Shown here: positions 1-10,343 of the stretch, piece by piece
Layout of the letters: every line of letters starts with the position of its first letter
Position numbering within the stretch: position 1 is the first letter of the stretch
Assembly: GCA_001931535.1 (NCBI GenBank)
Contig: CP016211.1
Location: 4,567,573 to 4,631,572, forward strand
Source: Minicystis rosea
Lineage (GTDB): Bacteria > Myxococcota_A > Polyangia > Polyangiales > Polyangiaceae
Length of the DNA stretch: 64,000 nucleotides
Direction of reading: 5' to 3'
Made by a program: the position numbers and the translations under genes
Notes under the pieces: model-generated
Told to the model about the DNA's origin: nothing
Database searches by the model: none
Seen by the model: only the letters and a program-made list of their open reading frames with translations

Positions 1-665
1 TGATCGACAGAGCCGCTAGCGCCAACGAGGAGGTTCGGCGGCGCACGGCCCTCCAACACCGGACCGTACGGCGGATGAGCCGGCTCGTCCGCAATGTGCT
101 GGACTCGAGCATGCTTGAGGCGGGCGAGCTGTCGCTCGATCTTGCCGTCGAATCGGTAGAGCCGCTCTTCGAGGAGGCCGTCGAGGAGCACGAGCCCGAA
201 GCACGGGCGAAGGCGGTGCGGCTCGAGTATGAACTCGCCTGTAACCTGCCCTTGGTACGCTGCGATCACGACCGGATCATCCAAGTCCTCTCGAATCTGC
301 TGGGCAACGCGCTACGGTTCACGCCGTCCGGCGGCCGCGTCTGGCTCACCGCCGACCTGGTGGATGGCGCCGTGCGGCTTTGCGTGCGCGACAGCGGCGC
401 CGGCATCTCGCCCGAGCTGCTCCCGCTCATCTTCGAGCGCTATTCGCGGGAGCGCCGTGATCGCGGTGGTCGGACCGGCCTCGGGCTTTCAATCGCGAAG
501 GCGATAGTCGAGCGGCATGGCGGGACGATCCAAGTGGAGAGCGAGGAAGGAGTGGGCAGCACGTTCTCGTTCACGCTTCCCATCACCGCCCCGCGTCCAA
601 CTGAGCTCCGCCCGCCGTCGTCGGAGGCCCACGCCGCGCCACTCGACACGAGCGTGAGATCCTGA
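1..665 (+). CDS. Sensor histidine kinase, C-terminal HATPase_c part (5' end lies outside the window)
   Basis: ORF 75..665 translation contains '[13 protein letters not shown]', '[23 protein letters not shown]' and '[35 protein letters not shown]', i.e. the N, G1 and G2 boxes of a histidine kinase. The reading frame is open back to position 1. Confidence 0.85.
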   Translation, partial: IDRAASANEEVRRRTALQHRTVRRMSRLVRNVLDSSMLEAGELSLDLAVESVEPLFEEAVEEHEPEARAKAVRLEYELACNLPLVRCDHDRIIQVLSNLLGNALRFTPSGGRVWLTADLVDGAVRLCVRDSGAGISPELLPLIFERYSRERRDRGGRTGLGLSIAKAIVERHGGTIQVESEEGVGSTFSFTLPITAPRPTELRPPSSEAHAAPLDTSVRS

Positions 666-694
666 CGCCGGCGCCGCGGAAACGTCGCCTCCCC

Positions 695-3310
695 TCATCC
701 GCACTGCCACAACAAGGCGCCTTCGTGCTCTTCGGAGCATACGAAGACGTACGCCTCGCCGTCGCCGCCGAAGTTCAGCACGTCGTCGAACTCGCTGAAC
801 TCCGCGACGAAACGCATCGGCTTCGTGCAGACGCGACACGCGGGCACGTCCGCGAACTGGTACCACGCCGGATAGCCGCCGGTCTTGTTCGCCAGGGCGA
901 GATCGTCGGCGTCGTCGCCCTCGGGATCCGGCTCGAACCGCGCCGTGTACGCGATGCGCTTCGCCTCCAGCATCGGCACGCCCTCCTCCTTGGCCGGCGC
1001 GTCGCCCTTCCACGCGGCGGGCAGGGTCTGGTGCAAGAGGACGGCGTTGCCGCCGCCGTGCGCGTCGAAGGTCCCGCAGTTGCCGGCTTCGTTCGCGCAA
1101 ATGTACGCGGAGAGCGCGGCGTGTTTCGCCAGCGGCAGCCGTTCGGGATGGGCAGCGAGCGTCACGATGTGCACCATCGGTCTTTCGCAACCCGAGCACA
1201 CGGGCACGTTCGCCACCGGCGAAGGGCCCCCGGCGACGTCGTCTCCGTCGCAGCCGAGCTCCCAGTGGTAGCTCGTCTTGCCCGGGAGCTCGGCGGCGCG
1301 TTCTCCCTCGGGTGCGTCCCAGTATCCCTCGTCCAGCTTCTCGGCGACCATCTTGTCGAAGGCGCGGCGCGCGGCGGCCGCGTTGTCGAGTTCGTGCACC
1401 TCGGTTTGGCCCGCGGTGCCCCGCTGGCCCCAGCGCACTTGAAACGAACGCTCGGAGAGCTCGGCGAACCAGAACTTGTCGGTGCCGCCCTCGTCGGAGC
1501 GGAGATACCGCTTCGTGGGTGAGCTCTCCTCGGGGACCGTCTCCCCGGGGGGCGCGGAGGGGGCGCGCGCCGCCTCGTCGAGCAAGGCGCCGAGCGCGAC
1601 GCGCTGAAAGCCGTCCGCTCCGGTGCCGCCGAGCGCGTACAGCGTCCGCGCCTCCCCGTCGTAGGCCACCTCGGTGGCGCCCCCGCTCGGCGCGGGCATC
1701 GTGCCGATCAGGCGCCACTTGCCCTTGCCTTCGTACGCGCGCACCTCGTTGCTCGACAAGAGCAACACCCTGTCGAGCGCGGCATCGTAGGTCAACGTGG
1801 CCCCGCGCGCCGTTCCACCTTCCATCTGCGTGAGGAACGAGGTCCATTTCTTCTCGTCGGTCTCGAAGGTGAAGTCGTTCGACTTGTATCGCTTGTCGCG
1901 GCCTCCGACGACGACGAGCACCTTTCGCCCAGGATCCCAACACGCGAGCATGTGTTGGAACGCGGGCTTTTTCCCCACGATCTCGAGCGACGTCCAGCCC
2001 GCGTCGGGCGTCCAACGAAAGCAATCGGTCGGGAACTTGCTCCCGTCGATGGGGGCGCCGCCGAGCGCGTACACGCGCTCGGGCGCGGACTTCGGCCCCG
2101 GAGCGCTCCACGCCACGGCCGCGTTCCTGCGGCTCACGAAGCCGGGCGGAGCCTCGGCGATGTTGCGCCACGTGCCGCTCTCCCCCAACGAATACAGCGC
2201 TGCGTCCCCGGTGAGCGCGTGGAGCCCACCCTCGTGGACGTGCAACCCGTACACCCCCCAGCCGAACGCGGGCACCGCCGTCCAGGGCTCGCGGCCTGCG
2301 CCCCGCGTGGCGCCGAGCGAGACGTTGAACGACACCACACGCCCGGCACCGGCCGCGAGGCGCTCGCAGGGCGGGAACACCGGCCCCGTGGGGAGGATGC
2401 GCTCTCCGTCGTATTCGCCGAAGACCTGGGGCGGGTGTCCTTCGGTCTCGTGTGCGAGGAAGAAGAGCGTGCGCCCCGCGGCGGTGCGCACGCCGCGGTC
2501 GAAGCTCAACTGCCCTCTCCACGGGACGATGTTGGCCTCTTTGCGGTGCCAGGCGTCTTCGCCGAGCTCCCACAAGATCGACTTGGGCCAGGTCGCGCGC
2601 TCGGTGTGGAGCATCACGAGCCGGCGGGACCTCGGCGAAGCGGTGAAGTGCACAGGCCCCCAACCTCCATCCGGATGTTTGGGGAGCGCGCTCCACGAGG
2701 TGCCGTCGAAGCCGGCGCAATTGCCGTCGGTGTCCAGCGCCACGATGAGGCCGCGCGCCTCATCGAAGCCGGCGTAGACATTCAAAGAGCCGATCTCCGG
2801 CGCCGCCGGCCCGGCGTCGCGCCACGTGGCCGAAGCGCCCGTCCGCACGAGCTCACGACAGCGAACACCACGGTCCTGGTCGCGGCGGAAGAGCGCCAGC
2901 ACGTGCACGAGCCGCTGCCTCTCGGCGTCCCACACGATCACGTCGTACCCGTTGGAGCTGCCTCCATCCGCGGTCTCGACGCGGTCGAAACGTCCGTCGG
3001 CGTACTCGAACACGTCCGGCGGCTGCTCGGCGAACCCCACGAGCGCCGCGAACCCGACGCGCGCCCGCTCCGCGTCCCAATACAACGTCGCCGACGTCGC
3101 ATCCTTGGGGGCGATGCCCTCGAGCAGGATGCCCGTGGTGACAGGCTCGAATTGGCCTTCGATCCAACGCCAGAGCTCGCCGACCTCGGGATAAAAGATC
3201 CAGATAGCGTTCTCGATCGGGTGGTACACACAAAACGCCGGTAGGACGGCCGGAGGAAGAACCGGTTGAAACAACGGCTCCCAGGCAGGTGCAACGTGCG
3301 CGGTGGACAT
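695..3310 (-). CDS. Large multidomain protein: Kelch-like beta-propeller region, WGR domain, C-terminal DUF1963 (YwqG-like) domain
   Basis: ORF 695..3559(-); likely start is 'MSTAHVAPAW' at 3310. WGR signature 'FWFAELSERSFQVRWGQRGTAGQTEVHE…AFDKMVAEKLDEGYW'. DUF1963-like Cys pairs 'CSGCERPM…' and 'CRVCTKPMRFVAEF…GDGEAYVFVCSEEHEG'. Repeated 'YALGG / VVVGG' Kelch-like strands. Confidence 0.7.
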   Translation of the reverse strand: MSTAHVAPAWEPLFQPVLPPAVLPAFCVYHPIENAIWIFYPEVGELWRWIEGQFEPVTTGILLEGIAPKDATSATLYWDAERARVGFAALVGFAEQPPDVFEYADGRFDRVETADGGSSNGYDVIVWDAERQRLVHVLALFRRDQDRGVRCRELVRTGASATWRDAGPAAPEIGSLNVYAGFDEARGLIVALDTDGNCAGFDGTSWSALPKHPDGGWGPVHFTASPRSRRLVMLHTERATWPKSILWELGEDAWHRKEANIVPWRGQLSFDRGVRTAAGRTLFFLAHETEGHPPQVFGEYDGERILPTGPVFPPCERLAAGAGRVVSFNVSLGATRGAGREPWTAVPAFGWGVYGLHVHEGGLHALTGDAALYSLGESGTWRNIAEAPPGFVSRRNAAVAWSAPGPKSAPERVYALGGAPIDGSKFPTDCFRWTPDAGWTSLEIVGKKPAFQHMLACWDPGRKVLVVVGGRDKRYKSNDFTFETDEKKWTSFLTQMEGGTARGATLTYDAALDRVLLLSSNEVRAYEGKGKWRLIGTMPAPSGGATEVAYDGEARTLYALGGTGADGFQRVALGALLDEAARAPSAPPGETVPEESSPTKRYLRSDEGGTDKFWFAELSERSFQVRWGQRGTAGQTEVHELDNAAAARRAFDKMVAEKLDEGYWDAPEGERAAELPGKTSYHWELGCDGDDVAGGPSPVANVPVCSGCERPMVHIVTLAAHPERLPLAKHAALSAYICANEAGNCGTFDAHGGGNAVLLHQTLPAAWKGDAPAKEEGVPMLEAKRIAYTARFEPDPEGDDADDLALANKTGGYPAWYQFADVPACRVCTKPMRFVAEFSEFDDVLNFGGDGEAYVFVCSEEHEGALLWQCG

Positions 3311-3670
3311 GGCGCGCACGGTACCCGATCGTGTGCGGCGCGATCCATGTGCGACGATTCTCAATGAAAGCTCCCGGTGACGGCGATGCCGCCCGGCGCG
3401 ATGTGCACCCTCGCCACGCTCTCGCGCGCGCCGCGTGCGGAGTGTCAGGTGCCAGCTACGCCGCGCTTGGGTTGGCGTTCGCGTTCGTTCAACAACCGTC
3501 CCGGTTTGGAGTGACACGAATGCGCTGCGCGCCGATGCGAGAGGAATTCCCTGGCGCACTGTCCGCGAAACTGGGGAGGTTCATGCAAACTCGTCCCCCC
3601 ACAGCGTCCATCGGGCGCTTACGAGTTAGAGTCCGCGAGCGGGATCGCGCTCGACAGATGATGCGGGCCC

Positions 3671-4675
3671 TCAAAACGTCCCGGAGAGCGCCAGGCCGCC
3701 CGGCATCGATACGACGTCGAACGACGTCTTTGGGGCGGTCCCCGGCGAGGGGGCAGGCTCCCACCGGCGTGGCCGCCCATTGCGATCGAAGCGACGCCAA
3801 TAAGCGACGTTTGACAAGGCGAGCCCCATGAGCGCGCCCGCCCAGATGTCACTGGGGTTGTGGCGCTCGTCATAGAACCGGCTCATCGCCACGAAACCGG
3901 CCGTCGTGAAGACCCCCGCCTGCACAGCGACACCGAACACCCGCGAGGTTGGGGTTGCCGTATCACCCCATATGTATGCTCCGCCGATAGCGAGCGCGGA
4001 ATAGTTTGCGAAGGCGAACGATGTGGAAGCGTGGCCCGACGGGAAACTTTTCCGCCCATCCTCGATATCGATGCCACGCCGAACGCGGTCATCGTAGTCA
4101 GGTCGGAGCCGGCCAACGATGCGCTTCAGGGACTCGGTCGCGGTCAATGTCATGAGCATGGTGTCGACGAGGCCCACAGCCGTCTCATACGTTCGCCGAT
4201 CCCAGCCATTGCCTCGGGCCCCGCCGTTGGCCTCCGCGACAGATAGAATCAGTGTCGCGCCCAGCACCATTGTACCTGCAGTGACAGCCGCCAGCGGCAC
4301 GGTATCTACATCCTTGTAGGGTTTCCCTGTGCGGTCCGGCTTGATAATCGGGGTTGGGTTTGGGTGTGTCGCGCCAACAACCACACCCAGAGCGAGACCG
4401 TTGGCCGCGAGGAGCCCGAGGTCGATGCTGTCATACCACCTGAAGCGAAATGGATAGGGCTGCTCCGCTCCGCCGCTTCTTTCGCCAGCCTTCGCTCCCT
4501 CGCTGTTGGCACGCACAGCCTGCGCCGGAGACGCATGCCCCTCGGGTGGCACCAGCCTCGGCCGCTGCTGTGCCCACACCGGACCCTCGGCTCCTACGAA
4601 CACGCTCAGCGACGAGGCGCTGCACACGATGATATTGTGCCAAGTCCAAATAGCCTTCATTCCGCTCCTGCTCAT
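3671..4675 (-). CDS. PAP2-family phosphatase, secreted or membrane-associated
   Basis: Motifs 'KRIVGRLRPDYDD', 'PSGHAS' and 'SRFYDERHNPSD' match the PAP2 KxxxxxxRP / PSGH / SRxxxxxHxxxD pattern. N-terminal signal-like 'MSRSGMKAIWTWHNIIVCSASSLSVFVGA'. Confidence 0.75.
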   Translation of the reverse strand: MSRSGMKAIWTWHNIIVCSASSLSVFVGAEGPVWAQQRPRLVPPEGHASPAQAVRANSEGAKAGERSGGAEQPYPFRFRWYDSIDLGLLAANGLALGVVVGATHPNPTPIIKPDRTGKPYKDVDTVPLAAVTAGTMVLGATLILSVAEANGGARGNGWDRRTYETAVGLVDTMLMTLTATESLKRIVGRLRPDYDDRVRRGIDIEDGRKSFPSGHASTSFAFANYSALAIGGAYIWGDTATPTSRVFGVAVQAGVFTTAGFVAMSRFYDERHNPSDIWAGALMGLALSNVAYWRRFDRNGRPRRWEPAPSPGTAPKTSFDVVSMPGGLALSGTF

Positions 4676-5007
4676 GACAATACGTCCAGGATATCGACAT
4701 CGACATCGACGCGATGGTGCCAACCTCATCGAGCGCGTCGGTCACGTGCTCTGCAAGCACCGTAATCTATTGTGCCGTCGTGCGCAGTTGGCGGAACCTG
4801 CCCTTCTCCTCACGAGCTCGTGGCCATGAAAGAGTCACCTTCGCTGTAGCCTCCCTCGTCATCGCCGCGGGCCGACCCCTGTCAACCCTCGACACCCGCT
4901 GCGCGAGGGATCGCGCGACGAAGAGAGCCCGCACACACCGCCGTAACCGAGCGCTGACGCTGTTGCACCGTTGCTGTCGAGCAATGGAGACCAACATCGA
5001 GCGCCGC

Positions 5008-6246
5008 TCAGAGCGCCTCGACGAAGGCGAGAAGCGCATTGCGGTCTTGAAGCGAGAGCGCCCGGAAGCGGGCGATGGAATCGTTGGCCTCCGAGCCCGG
5101 ACCCTCGTGGGCGAGCACGGCCATCTCCACGGTCTTGGCGCGACCGTCGTGGAGGAAGCCCTTCAGGTGGCGCACGCCGATGAGCGGCGCGGTCTTCCAC
5201 GTGCGGCTCGTCGCCGACTCTTCGGCGAGACCGTCGGCGAGCGCGTCGCCCATGTCGTGGAGGAGGAAGTCGGTGAACACCTCTGCGTTGATCCCCGCCA
5301 GCGCGGCGAGGGGATACGAGCTCGAGGTCTTCAGCGAAGGGGCGTGACAGACGCTGCAGCGCATCTCCGCGAAGAGATCCTGACCGCGCCCCGTCGGCAG
5401 ATCGCGCTCCGGGATCTCGAGCAGGCGCATGTAGTCGGCGACGACGTTCACGGTGGCGAGGTCGACGTCCACGCCGGGCTTCATGTCGTCGGCGAGGCCG
5501 TCGGGGTTCGACAACTCGACCGGGCGGAGCGGCGTGGTCAGGCCCATGTCGCTTTGGAAGGCGTCGGCAGTGAACTCGTCGAGCGTCGAGATGCGTGCCT
5601 TGAAGCCGAAGCGACCGATGATGTTCGTCTGGCCCTCGGAGAACGCGTGGTACGGCTGATCGGGGTTGGGCTTCGAGTGGTAGGTGACGCGGTTGATGCG
5701 GCCGTGAATGCCGTCGTCGCGGCTCGCCTGCTCGGACTCGAGGCGGACGATCTCGGCGTCTTCCACCGCCTCGAGATACCCGCGACCGAACACCGCGGGC
5801 CCGAGCCGGCTGCTCAGCTTCACGTCGGGCTCGTCGGGCGGCTCGATGGACGTCATCGCGCCTGCGGTCATGAACGGACGCGCGGTATGTCCGTTGGGGA
5901 GCCCCGATTGATCGGGCAGCGGCGTGATGCCGTCGGCCTCGACGAGCGCCATCTTCTGAACGGCGCCGGGGCCGCGCGCCGCAGCCTTGTGGCATGAGCC
6001 GCAGGCTTGGCGGATGTAGAGTGGGCCAAGCCCGTCGGCTTCACGGAAGATCGCATCGAAGCGTGCGTCGCCCTCGTGGAACCGCTTGGCCTGGTCGTCG
6101 GTCGCCTTCGCCAGCGCAATGTCGGTGGGATCATTGCCTACGATCGTGATCCCTGCGAGCGGATCTTCCGGCGTTTTCGACGAGCACCCGGCTACGCCGA
6201 GAAACCCAAGAATCATCAGTCGGTGCGCCTTGCGCAGCGTAGGCAT
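5008..6246 (-). CDS. DUF1111 di-heme c-type enzyme (thiol oxidoreductase / cytochrome-c-peroxidase-like) lipoprotein
   Basis: Two CxxCH motifs ('CGSCH', 'CSVCH'). Lipoprotein signal 'MPTLRKAHRLMILGFLGVAGCSS'. Overall resemblance to the DUF1111 family. Confidence 0.8.
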   Translation of the reverse strand: MPTLRKAHRLMILGFLGVAGCSSKTPEDPLAGITIVGNDPTDIALAKATDDQAKRFHEGDARFDAIFREADGLGPLYIRQACGSCHKAAARGPGAVQKMALVEADGITPLPDQSGLPNGHTARPFMTAGAMTSIEPPDEPDVKLSSRLGPAVFGRGYLEAVEDAEIVRLESEQASRDDGIHGRINRVTYHSKPNPDQPYHAFSEGQTNIIGRFGFKARISTLDEFTADAFQSDMGLTTPLRPVELSNPDGLADDMKPGVDVDLATVNVVADYMRLLEIPERDLPTGRGQDLFAEMRCSVCHAPSLKTSSSYPLAALAGINAEVFTDFLLHDMGDALADGLAEESATSRTWKTAPLIGVRHLKGFLHDGRAKTVEMAVLAHEGPGSEANDSIARFRALSLQDRNALLAFVEAL

Positions 6247-6457
6247 GCAAGTACTGAAATTGAAGATCATTGTCGGTGTGGTTCTGTGGTTGCCAAGCAG
6301 CATCCGGATCGAGCTTCGCGATCTTTCTCGGGGCTCTCTTCGCCTCGATGTTCACTCGAGAAGGGGTGGGTATTCTCTTCGTGCCGAGAGCCCCTCAGCA
6401 CGACGTCCTCCGATGACCTCCATGGTCTGAAAGCGCTGTGTTGGATGCCAGAGGCTT

Positions 6458-6904
6458 TCATCGTTTGAGTGCCAGCACCACCACGCCGCTGGCCACGAGC
6501 CCGATGCCCAGCCATTCTCGCCCCGACGGGCGCTCTCCGAGGAATATGAACGCGAACACCGCCACGAGCACTAGGCTGAGCTTGTCTACGGGCGCGACCC
6601 TGAAGGCTTCGCCGACTTGGAGCGCGCGGAAGTAGCATACCCAGGACGCGCCTGTGGCCAGGGCCGAGAGCGTCAGGAAACACCAAGCCTTCGGCGACAG
6701 GGATCGCGGGTCGCTCCACTTGCCAGCATAAACGACGAAGGCGGCCAGCACGACGATGATGATGGCGGTACGAAAGAGTGTCGCCAAATCGGGATCGACA
6801 CCACGGATACCCACTTTGGCGAAGATCGCCGTGAGCGCCGCAAAGCACGCGGAGAGGGTGGCCCAGAAAAACCAACCGTGCGGTATCGGCGGCATCGTTG
6901 TCAT
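6458..6904 (-). CDS. EamA/DMT-superfamily small membrane transporter
   Basis: Four predicted TM helices. 'WCFLTLSALATGASWVCYFRALQ…VAPVDKLSLVLVAVFAFIFLGERPS' is typical of the EamA domain. Start 'MTTMPP' overlaps the upstream stop as ATGA. Confidence 0.65.
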   Translation of the reverse strand: MTTMPPIPHGWFFWATLSACFAALTAIFAKVGIRGVDPDLATLFRTAIIIVVLAAFVVYAGKWSDPRSLSPKAWCFLTLSALATGASWVCYFRALQVGEAFRVAPVDKLSLVLVAVFAFIFLGERPSGREWLGIGLVASGVVVLALKR

Positions 6905-7248
6905 AAGCGTACGGCTCGACGTCCGGTGCCGCGCTTCGGCGCAGCCAATGCCGCGCGAACTCTTGCGAGCGCCGCGCTCGACATGCGCAGACGTCGTCGG
7001 TAGCCAACCCATGCATCACCGAGGTTGAGACTGCCAGTCGTGACAGGACTCGCACTGGCGAGGAATCTCTCCTGAACGGTGTCAGCGGCCGCATGAACGG
7101 TGGCGCGCAGGACGAGACGGCGCACGCCGTCCTGATCGCGACCGTCAAACACGCTGAGATCCGAGAGGCCGCCGTTGGCGTCGTTCTCCGTGCGCTTGGG
7201 CGGCGTCATCTTGCAGCCCGCCACCGTGATTGCTGCACGCGTCAGCAC
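6901..7248 (-). CDS. Small putative lipoprotein (GTG start); degenerate paralog of the 24471..25229 lipoprotein
   Basis: '(V/M)LTRAAITVAGCK…' lipobox-like. Its 5' leader is ~80% identical to the leader of 24471..25229. The ATG-initiated frame is broken by a 2-nt indel relative to that paralog, so the gene may be decaying. Confidence 0.3.
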   Translation of the reverse strand: MLTRAAITVAGCKMTPPKRTENDANGGLSDLSVFDGRDQDGVRRLVLRATVHAAADTVQERFLASASPVTTGSLNLGDAWVGYRRRLRMSSAALARVRAALAAPKRGTGRRAVRL

Positions 7249-7860
7249 TCATCGTGCTCCTCATTCGATTCTCCTCTCCGGGGTAGGTCCTGCTCGCCGA
7301 CATTGGCGCGGGGCCTCGAGAACCTTCAAATTTCGTAGGCACGCGCTCCAGCGGCGAGCGTCCTCGCCGCCCGTGAGCCGGATCACCATCGGTCCCCACG
7401 AACGCATTGTTGGCCCTTCCGAGAGCCGCCGCGCTGGGCGCGATCCGGTGCACCGCAGTAGGCGGCGAAGGCGCCGGTTCGTATCGGCATGCCAACCCGC
7501 GAAGAAAAATTCTGAAGCTCGAGGTCTTGTCGCGCCAAGGCTTGGCGCACACCCCTCGACGCCGGCAAGGAGACGCGACCGCCGCTCACGACTTCGCCCA
7601 ACTCACAATGTTCGCCTCCGATGCAGGGCGCCCTGCTCGCCGAGCTCGTAGCTACGCCTGCGTGACACGTCGGTTCCCACCCACGTGCACGATACGTGAA
7701 CGACCGTGCTGCTCCGCACCACTCTCCCTCTCGACCGTAGCGCACGACTCGCGCATCCATCGTTCCTTGCCAGCGGCCAGCGTGGCTGTCGCGACTGGCT
7801 CGGGGCATCGGTCGACGCACCACCTCCACGGGCTCTCGAGATGCCGGTGGAGGTCGTGAG

Positions 7861-8109
7861 TCACAGTCCCGCGCTGCCCACGCCCGAGCCGACGCCGCTC
7901 TCTACCGTTGGGATGGAACCGCAATCCATGTCACTGGCCGCGCCGTCAGCTCCTGCATCGCATGAACCATAGTCCTCCTCATAGTGATCGAGACAGGTCA
8001 CCAAGATGGAACCACCGATGAAGCCCATGCCCACGATGACGAGCACCGTGCGCGCCATCATCCACCGTTCGGGGCTCCGCATCGCAGAGAAGATCGAGCC
8101 GAACAACAT
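7861..8109 (-). CDS. Hypothetical small membrane protein
   Basis: 82-aa ORF with one TM-like segment 'MMARTVLVIVGMGFIGGSILV' and balanced composition. No recognisable family. Weak ribosome-binding site. Confidence 0.25.
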   Translation of the reverse strand: MLFGSIFSAMRSPERWMMARTVLVIVGMGFIGGSILVTCLDHYEEDYGSCDAGADGAASDMDCGSIPTVESGVGSGVGSAGL

Positions 8110-8207
8110 GATGTTTCTCTTATCACACGATCGCGCTCACAAATAACAAATCGATATCTGACATCGTCTCGCCAATCGGATGCCCGATCGTGTGCTCGTC
8201 ATCCATC

Positions 8208-9527
8208 ATGAGCCATCAACTCCTGTCATCTGCCGCGCTGCTCGGATTCTTCATCATGTCTCCTGCCCGCGCGCACGCGGAGCCGCCGCCGAGCCCGCCG
8301 TCCACCGTCGCTCCGCCCGCAGGCCCGGTCATCGAGCTCGCGCCCGATGACGCGGAGCCGAAGCTGCCTGCCGTCGCCATCGGGCAAGGGAAGGTCTCCG
8401 ACGCCGATGTCATGCGCGGGTTGCGCGAGCGGCGGTACCGCGCCGCTCAGGAGAGCCTCGGTCACACGTCGATTGGTGGCTACGGAGAGATTCAAGTGAT
8501 CGGGCTCACGAGCGGAAAAGACGACGCGCGGCAGTGGTCGGCCGACGTGCGTCGGCTGGTGCTTTTCGTCGCCCACTCGTTCACCAGCAACATCCGTGCG
8601 TACACCGAGCTCGAGGTCGAGCATGCCAAGCAGGTCGAGATCGAGCAGGCCATCGTCGATTGGACCGTGGCCGGCCGCTATCTTGGGCTGCGCGCCGGTC
8701 TCCTCCTCATTCCCATGGGCCTGACGAACGAAGTCCACGAGCCGCCAGCCTTCAACGGTGTCGTTCGCCCGCGACTGGAGACGGTGGTCATCCCCTCGAC
8801 GTGGCGGGAGCTCGGAGCAGGCTTCTTCGGCAATCCTACCGATACCCTCCGCTACCAACTCTATGCCGTCACGGGAATCAATCCCCTGGGTATGGCGGCC
8901 GGCGGCTTCGCCAGCGGGCTCGGCAACGGCGCGAACAGCAAGGCGAAGGCCTGGGCCGTAGTCGGGCGCGTGGAGTACGAGCCCGTCGCCGGCATCGTCG
9001 TCGGAGTCTCCGGTTACGCGAGCGACGCCGGGAAGAACGCCACGTATCATCTGCGCGATCGCTCCTCCGTGGACGTGAGCGTGCCAGTCCTCGGGTACTC
9101 GATCGACGCGCGCATGCGCCGCGCCGGTCTCGAGTGCAAAGCGCTCTTTACCGAATGGCACCTGCCGGGCTCGAGCGCACTCATGCACACGTTTGACGAT
9201 GCGGGCAAACGGCTCTTTGCCGACACCGCCGGCCCCCTGCCCACCCGGATGCGTGGAGCCTACGTCGAGGGTGGTTATGACGTCTTCCGCCCTTTCCACC
9301 TGTCCCATCAGCTCGTCCCCTTCGCACGGGTCGAGGGCTACAGCACGCAGGCCGCCGTCCCCGACGGCTTCAAGGCGAACCCCACATATTCGATCCGCGA
9401 GCACACCTTCGGCGTCTCGTATCGGCCGGTGCGTGAAGTCGCGGTCAAGGCCGACTACCAACTTCGCAATCGAAAGGCTGGACCGGACGAAACCCAGATC
9501 AACTTCGGAGTAGGATTCATGTACTGA
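8208..9527 (+). CDS. Outer-membrane beta-barrel porin-like protein
   Basis: Signal peptide 'MSHQLLSSAALLGFFIMSPARAHA', alternating beta-strand pattern, C-terminal '…INFGVGFMY' ending in an aromatic residue as in outer-membrane proteins. Resembles porin O/P-like proteins. Confidence 0.5.
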   Translation: MSHQLLSSAALLGFFIMSPARAHAEPPPSPPSTVAPPAGPVIELAPDDAEPKLPAVAIGQGKVSDADVMRGLRERRYRAAQESLGHTSIGGYGEIQVIGLTSGKDDARQWSADVRRLVLFVAHSFTSNIRAYTELEVEHAKQVEIEQAIVDWTVAGRYLGLRAGLLLIPMGLTNEVHEPPAFNGVVRPRLETVVIPSTWRELGAGFFGNPTDTLRYQLYAVTGINPLGMAAGGFASGLGNGANSKAKAWAVVGRVEYEPVAGIVVGVSGYASDAGKNATYHLRDRSSVDVSVPVLGYSIDARMRRAGLECKALFTEWHLPGSSALMHTFDDAGKRLFADTAGPLPTRMRGAYVEGGYDVFRPFHLSHQLVPFARVEGYSTQAAVPDGFKANPTYSIREHTFGVSYRPVREVAVKADYQLRNRKAGPDETQINFGVGFMY

Positions 9528-9615
9528 CCACGGGGGCGCGGTGGAGCTCTACAATTGGAGTGCCGCGCCATCCTGTGACGGTAGGGTTCCAATTGTTAGG
9601 CGCTGAGGTCTCTGT

Positions 9616-9741
9616 TCATCTGCACTTCGGCTTGGCCGCTCGACACGAGCTTACGAAAGGGTCACTCGCGTCCCGCTCACTTAAACGGCCGTCGCGTGTT
9701 GCCTCAACAAGCGACGCCATTGGGCAGGGGGGCTGTGTCAT
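9616..9741 (-). pseudogene. 5' remnant of an anti-sigma factor gene (first ~23 codons identical to anti-sigma 21822..22949, then a divergent tail and stop)
   Basis: 'MTQPPCPMASLVEATRDGRLSER' is identical to the N-terminus of the intact anti-sigma factor. It keeps the ATGA overlap with the sigma gene. Confidence 0.6.
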
Positions 9742-10343
9742 GTGCTTTTCTTCTTGGCGAGAGCGCGCCTCACCTCGGTGCGCGCATAATGTAGCCGGGT
9801 CCAAACCGTCCCCACCGGGATGTCGAGCGCGGCTGCAACCTCCTCACCGGAGAGCCCCTCGCGCTCAATCATCAGGAGAACGGCGCGCTTTTCCTCCGAA
9901 AGGCGCAGGACAGCCCGCGTGACCATCTCGATGTCTTGCGCGTCGGACGCCTCGTCCTCCGGGGACCGCGTCACGACGCGGGTCAACGTCTCTCCAAACG
10001 AGGCGATGATCCGCAGAAAACGGGCGTGTTTGCGTAGCCGATCGCGCGCGATCCGCGCAGCAATCCCGATCAGGAATGGACGCGCGCACGGCCGCCCATC
10101 GTACGTGGCACCGGCCCGCGGCAAGGCGAGGAAGGTCTCTTGAACGATGTCGTCGGCGTCGGCCGCACGCATGGTGAAGCGCAGCACGGAGCGGCGCACA
10201 TCGTCGTGATACCGATCGTAGAGCGCACCGAGCGCCGCGAGGTTGCCAGCGACAACTTTGGTGATGAGCTCGGCGTCGTCCTCCGCGCGATCCAAGCGCG
10301 TCATCACGGGGGCTTCTCCGCGAAGCTCGGCTCTGGATTTCAT
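9738..10343 (-). CDS. ECF (sigma-70 family) RNA polymerase sigma factor, copy 1 (orphan; its anti-sigma partner is truncated)
   Basis: '…FLALPRAGATYDGRPCARPFLIGIAARIARDRLRK…' (region 2) and 'LSEEKRAVLLMIEREGLSGEEVAAALDIPVGTVWTRLHYART' (region 4 helix-turn-helix). About 93% amino-acid identity to 22946..23551. Confidence 0.85.
   Translation of the reverse strand: MKSRAELRGEAPVMTRLDRAEDDAELITKVVAGNLAALGALYDRYHDDVRRSVLRFTMRAADADDIVQETFLALPRAGATYDGRPCARPFLIGIAARIARDRLRKHARFLRIIASFGETLTRVVTRSPEDEASDAQDIEMVTRAVLRLSEEKRAVLLMIEREGLSGEEVAAALDIPVGTVWTRLHYARTEVRRALAKKKST

Noticed and set aside
489-2720. 743-aa ORF on the minus strand (and overlapping 265-430-aa ORFs on the plus strand) across the Kelch/WGR gene
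   Set aside because: Extremely Arg/Ala/Gly-rich, low-complexity translation typical of out-of-frame reading of high-GC coding DNA. The real gene is the 695..3310 minus-strand frame, which has recognisable domains.
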